64,000 bases of DNA, from contig JAFGOT010000014.1 in NCBI GenBank assembly GCA_016926395.1, positions 32,058 to 96,057 of the forward strand, read 5' to 3'. The position numbers and the translations under genes were made by a program. A model generated the notes under the pieces. That model worked only from the letters and a program-made list of their open reading frames with translations. It did not search any database and was not told the DNA's origin. This document shows, piece by piece, positions 26,703-35,843 of the stretch (positions within the stretch are counted from its first letter, which is position 1; each line of letters starts with the position of its first letter). This stretch comes from Candidatus Woesearchaeota archaeon (GTDB lineage: Archaea; Nanobdellota; Nanobdellia; Woesearchaeales; SKGA01).

Positions 26703-29371
26703 ATAATAAAGGAATATACTACTCAATGGATGCTTTATTAGCAGGACTTCTATTTGTAGGTGTAATTTTATTATTATTTCAAAACAGTTTTTATGAACCA
26801 AATACTGATCAACAAAATTTCTTGTCCCAGGATTTATTAGCATCACTTGGATCGATAACTTTAGGAGAATCAAATTATCCGATGATTACTGCAGAATTAT
26901 CTTCAGGGCAATATGTTGATGCTAACAACACCGTACTTGAGCTTATTGGAATTTATTGGGCATTAAATCAAACGCAAAATGCAACAAAGATTATAACTCG
27001 CTTTGTAAATGGAACCGTTCCAGATCAACTTTACTTACAACTAAATCTCGATGGTGATGACTTGTATCCATACCAAAACTCAACAACTCCAACAAACATA
27101 ATTGGTGGGCGGAGAATGATAACTGGAATCGCGCAAGGAAAACCTTTAACTGGTTTTAGTTCTTCAGCATATTTAAAAAAAGTACGAAACAAAAAAACAT
27201 CTTCTTATGCTTATTTTGGAGGATATTATGCTCAAGGAAATATTTCAACAACACTAAATCTTCCAAGTGACTTTTCATCATCAAGAATAATTTCTGCTCG
27301 AATAAATATTGAAACTCCTGGAACATTTGATTTGCTGATAAATGGCAATGTTTGCTTAAATGACGTAACTGGTTTAACAACAACTGTTACGTCATGGGAT
27401 TTAATAAATTGTAATTCTAGCTTTAAACCAAACAAAAATAATATTTCATTTATTTATTCAAGTGAACTTAATGTATCTGCAATATCTGGTGGTTTAATAA
27501 AAGTAACATACACAACAGACACCTTAAAAGAAATAATTCCAACAGGGTATAAAAGATATTACTTGCCAGAAATTCAAGGATTCATAAACGTTTATGACGC
27601 TTTCTCTGCGCAAGGATTAATTGATTCTTGGAATTTGAATATGACTTTTTACAACGAATACGATACTTTTGTGACTATAGGAAATGAAACCATTTTTATC
27701 GCACCTGGAAGTAATACAACACAAAACATATTTTTCTCAAGAAATAATGCATCCTTGCCACCAACAGAAATTCCACTAAGGGTTGGAACAACAAATCTTT
27801 CAAACATAACAATTGTTCAATCAGGTGATCCATCTGACTCGTTTTTAGTAACTGATGTATCTGGAAGTATGGATGATTGTGGATTATATTATACAGAAAA
27901 TGTTACCTATTGTGGTTATGATTATAAATTTTGGTTCTGGTGGACTTACACTGAGTGTCCTTATACAGGATCATGTGTTTCAAATGAATGTGGAGGATCT
28001 ACAACGACTCAAAACCATGTTATTTATGATAAAACAGTTTCAACTTGTAACAAAACTTTGATGGAGTTAGCAAAAGAAGCTGATGATTTATTTGTTGATG
28101 TGGTTCTTGGAAACTCAACGTTAAATGAAATTGGATTGATAGATTTTTCAACTAATGCTAATACTCCAACTGATCTTACAAACATTCCAGGTGTATTGCA
28201 CAGCGAAATATCAACTTATTCTGCAGGAGGAAATACTTGTACTTGTTGTGGTATAAATAGAGCAAAAGATTTGCTTTTATCTTCAGATGATGATAAGTTT
28301 ATGGTTGTACTAAGTGATGGAGAGCCAACCGCTTACTGTAATGGATTTAGTGATTATACTGGTTCAACTGGAGATAACACTCAGGCAAGAAATGATGCTA
28401 TTGCGTCTGGACAAGAAGCTTGTGCAAATAACATAACTGTTTATACAATTGGATTTGGAGAGGGAATGTCTGCTCAAGGACATGATATAATGAGACAAAT
28501 AGCTTGTAATGATTCATTATATTATAATGCTTCTAATGCTGGAGACTTAGCAGAAATTTATGAAAATATTTCTCAAGATATTTTAGTTGCAGCAAATTAT
28601 TCATCACAAACAATAAACATAGTTGGAAATTTTACAATCGCAAATTTATCAAAAGATTCATACATTGATTTGTACTACACACCTATTGTCCAAGAAGATA
28701 ATCAAGGTAAATTATCGATGGTGTTTGAATCAGCTCCATTTGGTGGTTGCACATCGTCTGTAAGCATACCAGGAGGGGTGTTAATTGAGGATGCATATGT
28801 AACCTCTTTCTCAAGTAATCATTGGACGAAAAAATTAGATGTAAATGGTATTAATGTATTTAATTTATCGGAGTATGGATCTGATTATACTTTACTTGGG
28901 GATCCTTTCATCATACAAGTTCCATCTGCAGTTTTAATTCCTGGAGCAACGAATAACTTTACACTTGAAGTTGGCGATAACCCTGTTAACATTTCAAGTT
29001 GTTCACCAAATAATACTTTTATCTACACTGCTTTAATTAATGCTTCAACACCGCGAGGAGAAACTTATGAAGAACATGAAGGTTGTACTTGGATTGTAGA
29101 ATCTGAAACAGGAAAAAATTCCACTATAAAAATTCCTAAAGATTATTCAGGTCCAAATAATTGTTCGTATACTTCCGCAAGCATTAGTTATAATGTATTA
29201 GATGCATACGACTCTGCGACTCACTTCTTATTATCGCAATTAGATCCTGACAATAATGGAAAAATAATTGTTGACTTAGCAGAATCAGATTTAGAAATAA
29301 CAATAACTTTGGTTAGTGGAATTCCATATCTTTGGGGTCCCACTCTTGTAGGAACTCAAGTAGGTAGTTAA
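26690..29371 (+). CDS. Large pilin-like protein with vWA (MIDAS) domain, putative pilus-tip adhesin
   Basis: NKGIYYSMDALLA leader; LVTDVSGSM, GGNTCTCCGI, VVLSDGEP, VYTIGFG; many N-x-S/T sequons. Confidence 0.85.
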   Translation: MEKMNNKGIYYSMDALLAGLLFVGVILLLFQNSFYEPNTDQQNFLSQDLLASLGSITLGESNYPMITAELSSGQYVDANNTVLELIGIYWALNQTQNATKIITRFVNGTVPDQLYLQLNLDGDDLYPYQNSTTPTNIIGGRRMITGIAQGKPLTGFSSSAYLKKVRNKKTSSYAYFGGYYAQGNISTTLNLPSDFSSSRIISARINIETPGTFDLLINGNVCLNDVTGLTTTVTSWDLINCNSSFKPNKNNISFIYSSELNVSAISGGLIKVTYTTDTLKEIIPTGYKRYYLPEIQGFINVYDAFSAQGLIDSWNLNMTFYNEYDTFVTIGNETIFIAPGSNTTQNIFFSRNNASLPPTEIPLRVGTTNLSNITIVQSGDPSDSFLVTDVSGSMDDCGLYYTENVTYCGYDYKFWFWWTYTECPYTGSCVSNECGGSTTTQNHVIYDKTVSTCNKTLMELAKEADDLFVDVVLGNSTLNEIGLIDFSTNANTPTDLTNIPGVLHSEISTYSAGGNTCTCCGINRAKDLLLSSDDDKFMVVLSDGEPTAYCNGFSDYTGSTGDNTQARNDAIASGQEACANNITVYTIGFGEGMSAQGHDIMRQIACNDSLYYNASNAGDLAEIYENISQDILVAANYSSQTINIVGNFTIANLSKDSYIDLYYTPIVQEDNQGKLSMVFESAPFGGCTSSVSIPGGVLIEDAYVTSFSSNHWTKKLDVNGINVFNLSEYGSDYTLLGDPFIIQVPSAVLIPGATNNFTLEVGDNPVNISSCSPNNTFIYTALINASTPRGETYEEHEGCTWIVESETGKNSTIKIPKDYSGPNNCSYTSASISYNVLDAYDSATHFLLSQLDPDNNGKIIVDLAESDLEITITLVSGIPYLWGPTLVGTQVGS

Positions 29372-29372
29372 G

Positions 29373-30356
29373 ATGAAATTAAAGATTAAAAAAATGAACA
29401 ACAAGGGATTCACATATTTAATCGCTGTATCTTTTCTAATTGCCACACTTATAGTTGTATATTTAAGCGCTACTGATTATGGATTTCAAGATCAACAAGA
29501 ATTGTACAAGAACCGAATTGTTGCAATGGATAATTTTGTGAGTGACTTTAATCAAGACGTGCATCGAGCAAGTTATATTGCTTCATTTAGAACTTTACTT
29601 TCTTTAGAAGATTATGTTGCTGTCAATGGAGAATTCTTTAACAATACTGAAGATCAATTCAAAGAAACATTTTATTATGGTCAAATAAACAGATCTGAAG
29701 CTGAACTTATGAATGGTTCTAGTTTTGAAGATTATTTATCCAGGGTTAATGTTGTGGCTGAAAAAATTGGAATACACTCAAATGTTACTGTTACAGATAT
29801 AACTCTTTCACAATCTGATTTTTGGTCCATAGATGTGGTGATAACTGCTCTTGTTAATATTACTGATAACCATAACATTGCATCTTGGAGTTTTGAAAAA
29901 AATTATTCAACAAACGTTCCAATATATGATTTAAGAGATCCTCTTTATAGTACTTTTACATTCAATCGAGTTCCAAACACAATAAGAAAACTAGATGTTC
30001 CTTACTTGGTTAATGGAACAGACACTTTTAACTTAGAAACGCACATTAATGGTTCTTATTATCTAGAATCAACTGATGCGCCAAGTTTCCTACAAAGATT
30101 TGAAAATAATTTGAGTCCAAGTCCTTATGGTATAGAAAGTATTGTTAATGTTGGTTTAATCTCAGCCCAAGAAGTTGGTGTTTGCGAAGATTGTATCAAA
30201 GTTGATTATATGTATTTTAATGGTTTAACCGATACCAAACTTTGTGATGTTCAAAACATTAATCCAAATACTTACTTTGTAATTCCTCTAAATCAAAACG
30301 AAACTTATGAAGTTTCTAATTTGACTTTTTCTACTGGTGGAAGTTGTAATACTTAA
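29373..30356 (+). CDS. Pilin-like exported protein
   Basis: NKGFTYLIAVSFL leader; operon position. Confidence 0.7.
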   Translation: MKLKIKKMNNKGFTYLIAVSFLIATLIVVYLSATDYGFQDQQELYKNRIVAMDNFVSDFNQDVHRASYIASFRTLLSLEDYVAVNGEFFNNTEDQFKETFYYGQINRSEAELMNGSSFEDYLSRVNVVAEKIGIHSNVTVTDITLSQSDFWSIDVVITALVNITDNHNIASWSFEKNYSTNVPIYDLRDPLYSTFTFNRVPNTIRKLDVPYLVNGTDTFNLETHINGSYYLESTDAPSFLQRFENNLSPSPYGIESIVNVGLISAQEVGVCEDCIKVDYMYFNGLTDTKLCDVQNINPNTYFVIPLNQNETYEVSNLTFSTGGSCNT

Positions 30357-30476
30357 TTATTTTTGATAAAACCTGTTAATTTGATTTAAAGTTAGAAATA
30401 AAGAAAAATTCATTTGAACTATTGTATAGTAGTTACGCAAGATATATAAGAGTAATTTATCCCTTTTTTTATTAGT

Positions 30477-31622
30477 ATGAAGAATATAACGACAGGTATT
30501 GACAGATTGCTCCAGTTAGTAGAAGAGCGTAAAAAGATATCTGCTGAAACTGCCGCAAAAGAATTGAATCTTGGTAAAGATGTGATTGAAGAATGGGCAG
30601 AAATATTAGAACAAGAAAAAATAGTAAATTTATCATTCAAATTCTCAAAAATGCATATTGAAGCGAAAAAAATAACTGAGAGAACAGTATTTGATTCTGC
30701 AAAACAAATATCTTCACAAAAAGAAGCATTTCATAGAAAGATTGAGTCGACAATAAAATCAATCGACAACGAATCGGCAGGTTTTGAAGAAATAAGATCT
30801 GAGTTTGAAAAAATCCAAGGTCACATTAAAGACGAACTAGAAACCGTAAGGAAAGAAATGAAAGAGCTAGAACATTTCGATGCCCTGAAAAAAAATATTG
30901 AGAAAGACATTCAGACACAAAAAAAAGATTACGAATTATTTACTAAAGCTTATGATGAAGAGATGAAGACGTTTGAAAAAAATTATTCATCTTCAATTGA
31001 AAAACTAAAAAAAGAACAAGACACACTAAAAAAACTTCAGGATTCAATAGTAGGTCTTAGAAGCGATAAACAAGAAATTGAAAAAATAATAAAAGAATCT
31101 TTACAACGATTAAAAGACGTTGAAAAGAAAGCAGATGAACAAATAGTTGATATGAAACAAACAGAAAAAACTATTGATAAATTGAAAAAAGAAATTGATG
31201 GTCTGTCAACAAATATTAAAGTTTCACGTGCTAAGAACCTAAAAACACTTGCTAAAATTGTTGGTGAAGGAAGAGAGAGAATAACTAAAGATCATGAAAA
31301 CCTTCTAAAGAATGCACAATCCAAAGTTACTGAATTAAAAGACTATGCTGATGCTGGAGAAAAAATATACAAAAAATTCTCTGATAAATTTATGAAAAAA
31401 ATCGAAACAGGAGATTTAATCTCTGAAATCGAAAAAGAAAAAAACGACTTAAAAGATGAATTGATTGAACTTGATAAAAAAGTTCAAACTTTTAATGCAC
31501 TTAAGGGGAGTGTTGAAGTAAAAGATCAATTCAAAGAAATTGAAGCAAAAATATTTTCTTATGAAGAAAAAAGACACAAACTAAGCGATAAAATAAACAA
31601 ATTGCTTGGGATGATGAAGTAA
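30477..31622 (+). CDS. N-terminal wHTH + long coiled-coil protein (pilus-locus accessory)
   Basis: TGIDRLL..W..ILEQEKIV..FKFSK N-terminus shared with 47976; K/E heptads. Confidence 0.75.
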   Translation: MKNITTGIDRLLQLVEERKKISAETAAKELNLGKDVIEEWAEILEQEKIVNLSFKFSKMHIEAKKITERTVFDSAKQISSQKEAFHRKIESTIKSIDNESAGFEEIRSEFEKIQGHIKDELETVRKEMKELEHFDALKKNIEKDIQTQKKDYELFTKAYDEEMKTFEKNYSSSIEKLKKEQDTLKKLQDSIVGLRSDKQEIEKIIKESLQRLKDVEKKADEQIVDMKQTEKTIDKLKKEIDGLSTNIKVSRAKNLKTLAKIVGEGRERITKDHENLLKNAQSKVTELKDYADAGEKIYKKFSDKFMKKIETGDLISEIEKEKNDLKDELIELDKKVQTFNALKGSVEVKDQFKEIEAKIFSYEEKRHKLSDKINKLLGMMK

Positions 31623-31665
31623 TAAGAAAAGACTTAATTTATTTTTTAAAAGGGGTGGATGGTAA

Positions 31666-33345
31666 TTGCCAACTAATAAAAAAACTAAAGCTGTTAAAAA
31701 ATCTACAAAGAAAACCGCTAAAAAAAGTGTTAGCAAAAATTCTAAATCAAAATCATTAGCTTCAAAAAGTAAAGCTAAACAAAAGACATCTAAGTTAGAA
31801 ACAGAACACGTTGGAACTCAAACGCATGAAATTGATGACTATAAATACTTATCTGGCGATATACCTATTCGAATAACAATAAAAAAACACCCTCACGAAT
31901 TTGTTCCGATATATGACTTAGAAATAGCATCTATTAGTGATACAACAAAAATAATGCTTGAAAAAATAAGACAAGAATTAATCAAAAAAGTAAGTCTTGG
32001 AATTGCAGATCTTAGTGATGTTAAAAAATCAGATGTGGTTGAAGAACGATTTGAAGAATTGATTCAAATCCTAGTTGAAAAATACTTACCTGATTCCGAT
32101 CTTGAAACAACACATTTCTTAACTTCTTATCTTCGTATTAAAAGTCTAGGGCTTGGAAATTTAGAATTAATAATGGATGATCACCAACTAGAAGAAATTG
32201 TTATTAATCAAGCAAACGAACCTGTTTGGATATTTCATAAAAAATATGGTTGGCTAAAATCAACAACTTATCTAAAAGATGAAAATCAAATCAGACATTT
32301 TGCAAGTATCATTGGAAGACGAGTAGGGCGTCAAATAACTGTTTTAACACCTCTTCTTGATGCTCACCTAAATGGTGGGGATAGGGTTAATGCAACACTT
32401 AGTCCTGTTAGTACTGCAGGTAACACCATAACAATTAGGAAGTTTTCACGAGACCCTTGGACAATAACTAAGTTTCTAAAAGCAGGAACCATATCTGAAG
32501 AAGCGGCTGCTCTAGTGTGGTCTGCAATACAATACGAGATGAGTGCATTAATCGTAGGTGGAACCGCATCTGGGAAAACAAGTGCGCTAAACGTATTTGC
32601 AAGTTTCTTCCCACCAAACCAGAGAATAATTAGCATTGAAGATACAAGAGAAATTAGGCTTCCAAAATTTCTGCATTGGGTTCCTTTAAACACTGTGATG
32701 TCAAACGCTGAAGGAAAAGGAGAAATAAGTATGGGTAACTTACTTGTTAACAGTTTAAGGATGCGTCCAGACCGAATACTTGTAGGTGAAGTACGTAGAA
32801 AGCAGGAAACAGAAACATTATTTGAAGCAATTCACACAGGTCACTCAGTATACGCAACATTTCACGCAAACAACGCACAAGAAGCAGTTGATCGTTTAAC
32901 AAACGCACCACTTGATGTTCCAAAGATTATGCTTCCAGCGATTTCAATTCTAGTCGTTCAATATAGGAACCGAAGAAATGGAAAACGAAGAACTTTCCAA
33001 ATAGCAGAGATAACTTCAAAAGGAGATCCGAATGTGTTGATGCAATACGATGCTAAGAATGATGTATTAAACCCTGCTTCAAGAATGATTGAAACTTTAC
33101 TTAAAGGAAAATCGGCGTTCTATGATACTATAAAATCCTTTACTGGAATGGATAACAAAGAATTGATCCAAGACCATAATGAAAAAGTAAAAATTCTAAA
33201 ATACTTAGTTGAGCACGATATAACTTCAGTTGATGGTGTTGGTCGAATAATGGCTGAATATTATACTGATAAAGAAAATTTAATGAGATATGTGAATACT
33301 AATAAAGAATTCCCTATGAACGTTGCGAAAGATGAGGCCGTGTAA
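31666..33345 (+). CDS. Type IV pilus assembly ATPase (VirB11/TadA/PilB-FlaI family), copy 1
   Basis: GGTASGKT Walker A, SIEDTRE, LRMRPDRILVGEVR, TGH. Confidence 0.95.
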   Translation: MPTNKKTKAVKKSTKKTAKKSVSKNSKSKSLASKSKAKQKTSKLETEHVGTQTHEIDDYKYLSGDIPIRITIKKHPHEFVPIYDLEIASISDTTKIMLEKIRQELIKKVSLGIADLSDVKKSDVVEERFEELIQILVEKYLPDSDLETTHFLTSYLRIKSLGLGNLELIMDDHQLEEIVINQANEPVWIFHKKYGWLKSTTYLKDENQIRHFASIIGRRVGRQITVLTPLLDAHLNGGDRVNATLSPVSTAGNTITIRKFSRDPWTITKFLKAGTISEEAAALVWSAIQYEMSALIVGGTASGKTSALNVFASFFPPNQRIISIEDTREIRLPKFLHWVPLNTVMSNAEGKGEISMGNLLVNSLRMRPDRILVGEVRRKQETETLFEAIHTGHSVYATFHANNAQEAVDRLTNAPLDVPKIMLPAISILVVQYRNRRNGKRRTFQIAEITSKGDPNVLMQYDAKNDVLNPASRMIETLLKGKSAFYDTIKSFTGMDNKELIQDHNEKVKILKYLVEHDITSVDGVGRIMAEYYTDKENLMRYVNTNKEFPMNVAKDEAV

Positions 33346-34140
33346 ATGAGCTATAAGCAACTAGCAAAGAAATTTCCCGGACTAAAAGAAAAATTAAAAT
33401 CTGCTGGAATAGTTGATACTCCAGAAGAATACGTAAAAAAAACATTCATGACTGCTGCAATGTTTGCAGGAGGACTAACTGCTGTTGTATTAATAATATT
33501 TCAAGCATTATGGACTTTAATAGTTCCATTTATTGTAGGTGTTCCAATATTTTTATACTTGATGAAATATGTAGATGTTAGAATAGTACAACTACAAAGA
33601 CAGATAGATGAAGAAATTGTTTTTGCAGGAAGATTCTTAATTATAGAATTACATTCAGGAGTTCCAATTCACGAAGCTTTTGAAACACTTGCAGCTAATT
33701 ATGAAACAGTTGGTGTTTATTTTGGAGAAATAGTTGATAAGATGTATTTAGGAACGGCACTTGAAGAAGCAATAAATGATGTTCTCTTAAATTCGCCATC
33801 TCCAACACTTAGAAGAATATTGTGGCAATTATTAAATTCTATGAAAACAGGAAGTGATGTTGCACCTGCACTCTCTTCTGTAATTGAACAAATTGTAAAA
33901 GAACAAGATATAGCAGTAAAAGAGTATGGTAAAAAACTCAATCCTTTGGCAATGTTTTATATGATGCTTGCTGTTATAGCGCCAAGTTTAGGAATTGTAA
34001 TGCTTGTGGTTCTTGCAACATTTGTAGGTTTTAGTTTGAGCTTAACAGTTCTTTTAGCAATTGCTGGATTAATTGGATTTGTACAATTAATGTTTATGAC
34101 AATAATGAAATCATCACGACCACCCATTAGTATGGGTTAA
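33346..34140 (+). CDS. Type II secretion F / TadB-TadC platform protein
   Basis: T2SSF pattern (GTALEEA, EYGKKL) with TM helices; follows the ATPase. Confidence 0.88.
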   Translation: MSYKQLAKKFPGLKEKLKSAGIVDTPEEYVKKTFMTAAMFAGGLTAVVLIIFQALWTLIVPFIVGVPIFLYLMKYVDVRIVQLQRQIDEEIVFAGRFLIIELHSGVPIHEAFETLAANYETVGVYFGEIVDKMYLGTALEEAINDVLLNSPSPTLRRILWQLLNSMKTGSDVAPALSSVIEQIVKEQDIAVKEYGKKLNPLAMFYMMLAVIAPSLGIVMLVVLATFVGFSLSLTVLLAIAGLIGFVQLMFMTIMKSSRPPISMG

Positions 34141-34149
34141 AAATGTAAA

Positions 34150-35397
34150 ATGGGATTATTAAAAAACGCAGTGGAAAAATACAAAACGGCAAAAATTAAG
34201 TTAGATTTAGCGAGAGCTAAGAAAAAAGAATTGGAAGAAGAAAGAAGTCATCTTATCTACAACGCAAAAAAATCAATGGAGAAAAATTCTTCTAATGAAG
34301 CAAACTCGGAGAAAAAAACCGAAAAGAAAAAAACAACCACTCCGATTAAGAGCAGAGCAATAATTAGTAAATTTGATAAGAAAAAAACAGTTCAAAAAAG
34401 AAGATTCTCCAGATTTCTAGAAGATTTTCTTGAAAAAGCAGGGATAGAAAAAAAGCCAAAAGAAATAAGTAAATCAGTAATTTTTGTTTCAATAATCTTA
34501 ACATTCATTTCCATAATTGCATTTATTATTTATGGATTAACTAATTTTTTGTCATCTAATGCTTATTTTGTCTTTATACCTTTAATCATAATTCTTGGTT
34601 CGGTATTTTTTTATATTGCAAGTTTGATAACTTTATTTATTTACTTTGACTTTAAAATTTATCAACGAACAGGACAGATAGAAGATGTTCTGCCTGATTT
34701 TCTACAGCTTGCATCTGCGAACATAAGTGCGGGAATGCCAATTGATAGGGCATTGTGGTTTGCTGTAAGGCCTCGTTTTGGAGTGTTGGCAAAAGAGATG
34801 GAAGAGATTGCAAAAGCCACATTTACCGGAAGCGAACTTGATGAAGCATTGATTAAGTTCACACAAAAATATAAATCACGATTACTAAAAGAATCAGTCA
34901 ATCTAATAATCGCCGGATTAAAATCAGGAGGAGAATTAGGAGATTTACTGAATAAAATTAGTGAGAACATTCAACAAACAAAAATAATGAGAAAAGAAAT
35001 AAGTGCAAGCGTTATGACTTATGTTATTTTTATAGGGGTGGCTTCAGTTCTAGCAGCACCTTTGTTATTTGCTTTAAGCTCTCAATTATTGCATGTGGTA
35101 ACTGGAATATCGGGTGACTTTGATACATCTGCAATGGAAGACATGCCTTCTGGCGTGATGCCAATATCATTTAATTTTGGATCGGGAGAAAGCGTAAAAC
35201 AATCAGATTTTAAGATATTTTCATTTACTTTAATAGTAATAACTTCTTTCTTTGCGGCTGCCATAATAGGTGTAATCCAAAAAGGTAATGCAAAATCCGC
35301 ATTAACTAAGTTTCCAATGTTTCTGGTAATTTCTTTAATAATATTCTATGTTTCTAACAAATTTTTAGGAATACTGCTTGGCGGCCTCATGGGGTAG
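34150..35397 (+). CDS. Type II secretion F / TadC platform protein
   Basis: IEDVLPDFLQLASANISAGM, GGELGDLL; Lys-rich N-terminus. Confidence 0.88.
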   Translation: MGLLKNAVEKYKTAKIKLDLARAKKKELEEERSHLIYNAKKSMEKNSSNEANSEKKTEKKKTTTPIKSRAIISKFDKKKTVQKRRFSRFLEDFLEKAGIEKKPKEISKSVIFVSIILTFISIIAFIIYGLTNFLSSNAYFVFIPLIIILGSVFFYIASLITLFIYFDFKIYQRTGQIEDVLPDFLQLASANISAGMPIDRALWFAVRPRFGVLAKEMEEIAKATFTGSELDEALIKFTQKYKSRLLKESVNLIIAGLKSGGELGDLLNKISENIQQTKIMRKEISASVMTYVIFIGVASVLAAPLLFALSSQLLHVVTGISGDFDTSAMEDMPSGVMPISFNFGSGESVKQSDFKIFSFTLIVITSFFAAAIIGVIQKGNAKSALTKFPMFLVISLIIFYVSNKFLGILLGGLMG

Positions 35398-35460
35398 AAA
35401 GCTTTAAAAAGGACTTTGAAGTCTCTGATTCTTACAAGCGTAACTATTGCGTTTGTTGTT

Positions 35461-35575
35461 TTTCATTGGCTTTTTTTTGCTGTAGTCGTATACAATGAAA
35501 GTCTTAGATTTTCAAGCATGCGACCTGTCTGAAAAGATTTTTTGTTTCATTGGCTTTTTTTGCTGCGGTCGCATA
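35461..35575 (+). repeat. Degenerate direct repeat (period about 84 bp) of the tRNA-Ser leader and first 14 nt
   Basis: tttcattggc(T8)gctgtagtcgtata at 35461 vs tttcattggc(T7)gctgcggtcgcata at 35545. Confidence 0.85.
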
Positions 35576-35643
35576 GTCTGGTATTGCGCAGGATTGCTAA
35601 TCCTGTCCTTTTAGGATCGAGTGTTCAAATCCCTCCCGCAGCG
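35562..35643 (+). tRNA. tRNA-Ser (GCT)
   Basis: GCTGCGG/CCGCAGC acceptor, CAGGA-TTGCTAA-TCCTG anticodon arm, TCCT-TTT-AGGA variable arm, G73; one T-stem mismatch. Confidence 0.95.
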
Positions 35644-35782
35644 CCTTTTTTCATTCTATATTGTTTTTATCATGTAGTCGGAATTTGAACACTACAAAAA
35701 TCAGAGATTTTTGAGGCATTTTAACAACTCTGTTGCATTTCAAAGAAATGTAGAGTTGTAGTAAAATGAATCCCTCCCGCAG
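35628..35782 (+). mobile_element. tRNA-Ser-linked 141-bp palindromic mini-element bounded by a 14-bp direct repeat of the tRNA 3' half
   Basis: AATCCCTCCCGCAG at 35628 and 35769; internal hairpins; homologous to the element at tRNA-iMet. Confidence 0.75.
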
Positions 35783-35843
35783 TGCTCTTCTTTTCTCGAT
35801 TTTTCTATAAAGTTTTATAAATTAAATTTCATTTTCGTCATTT

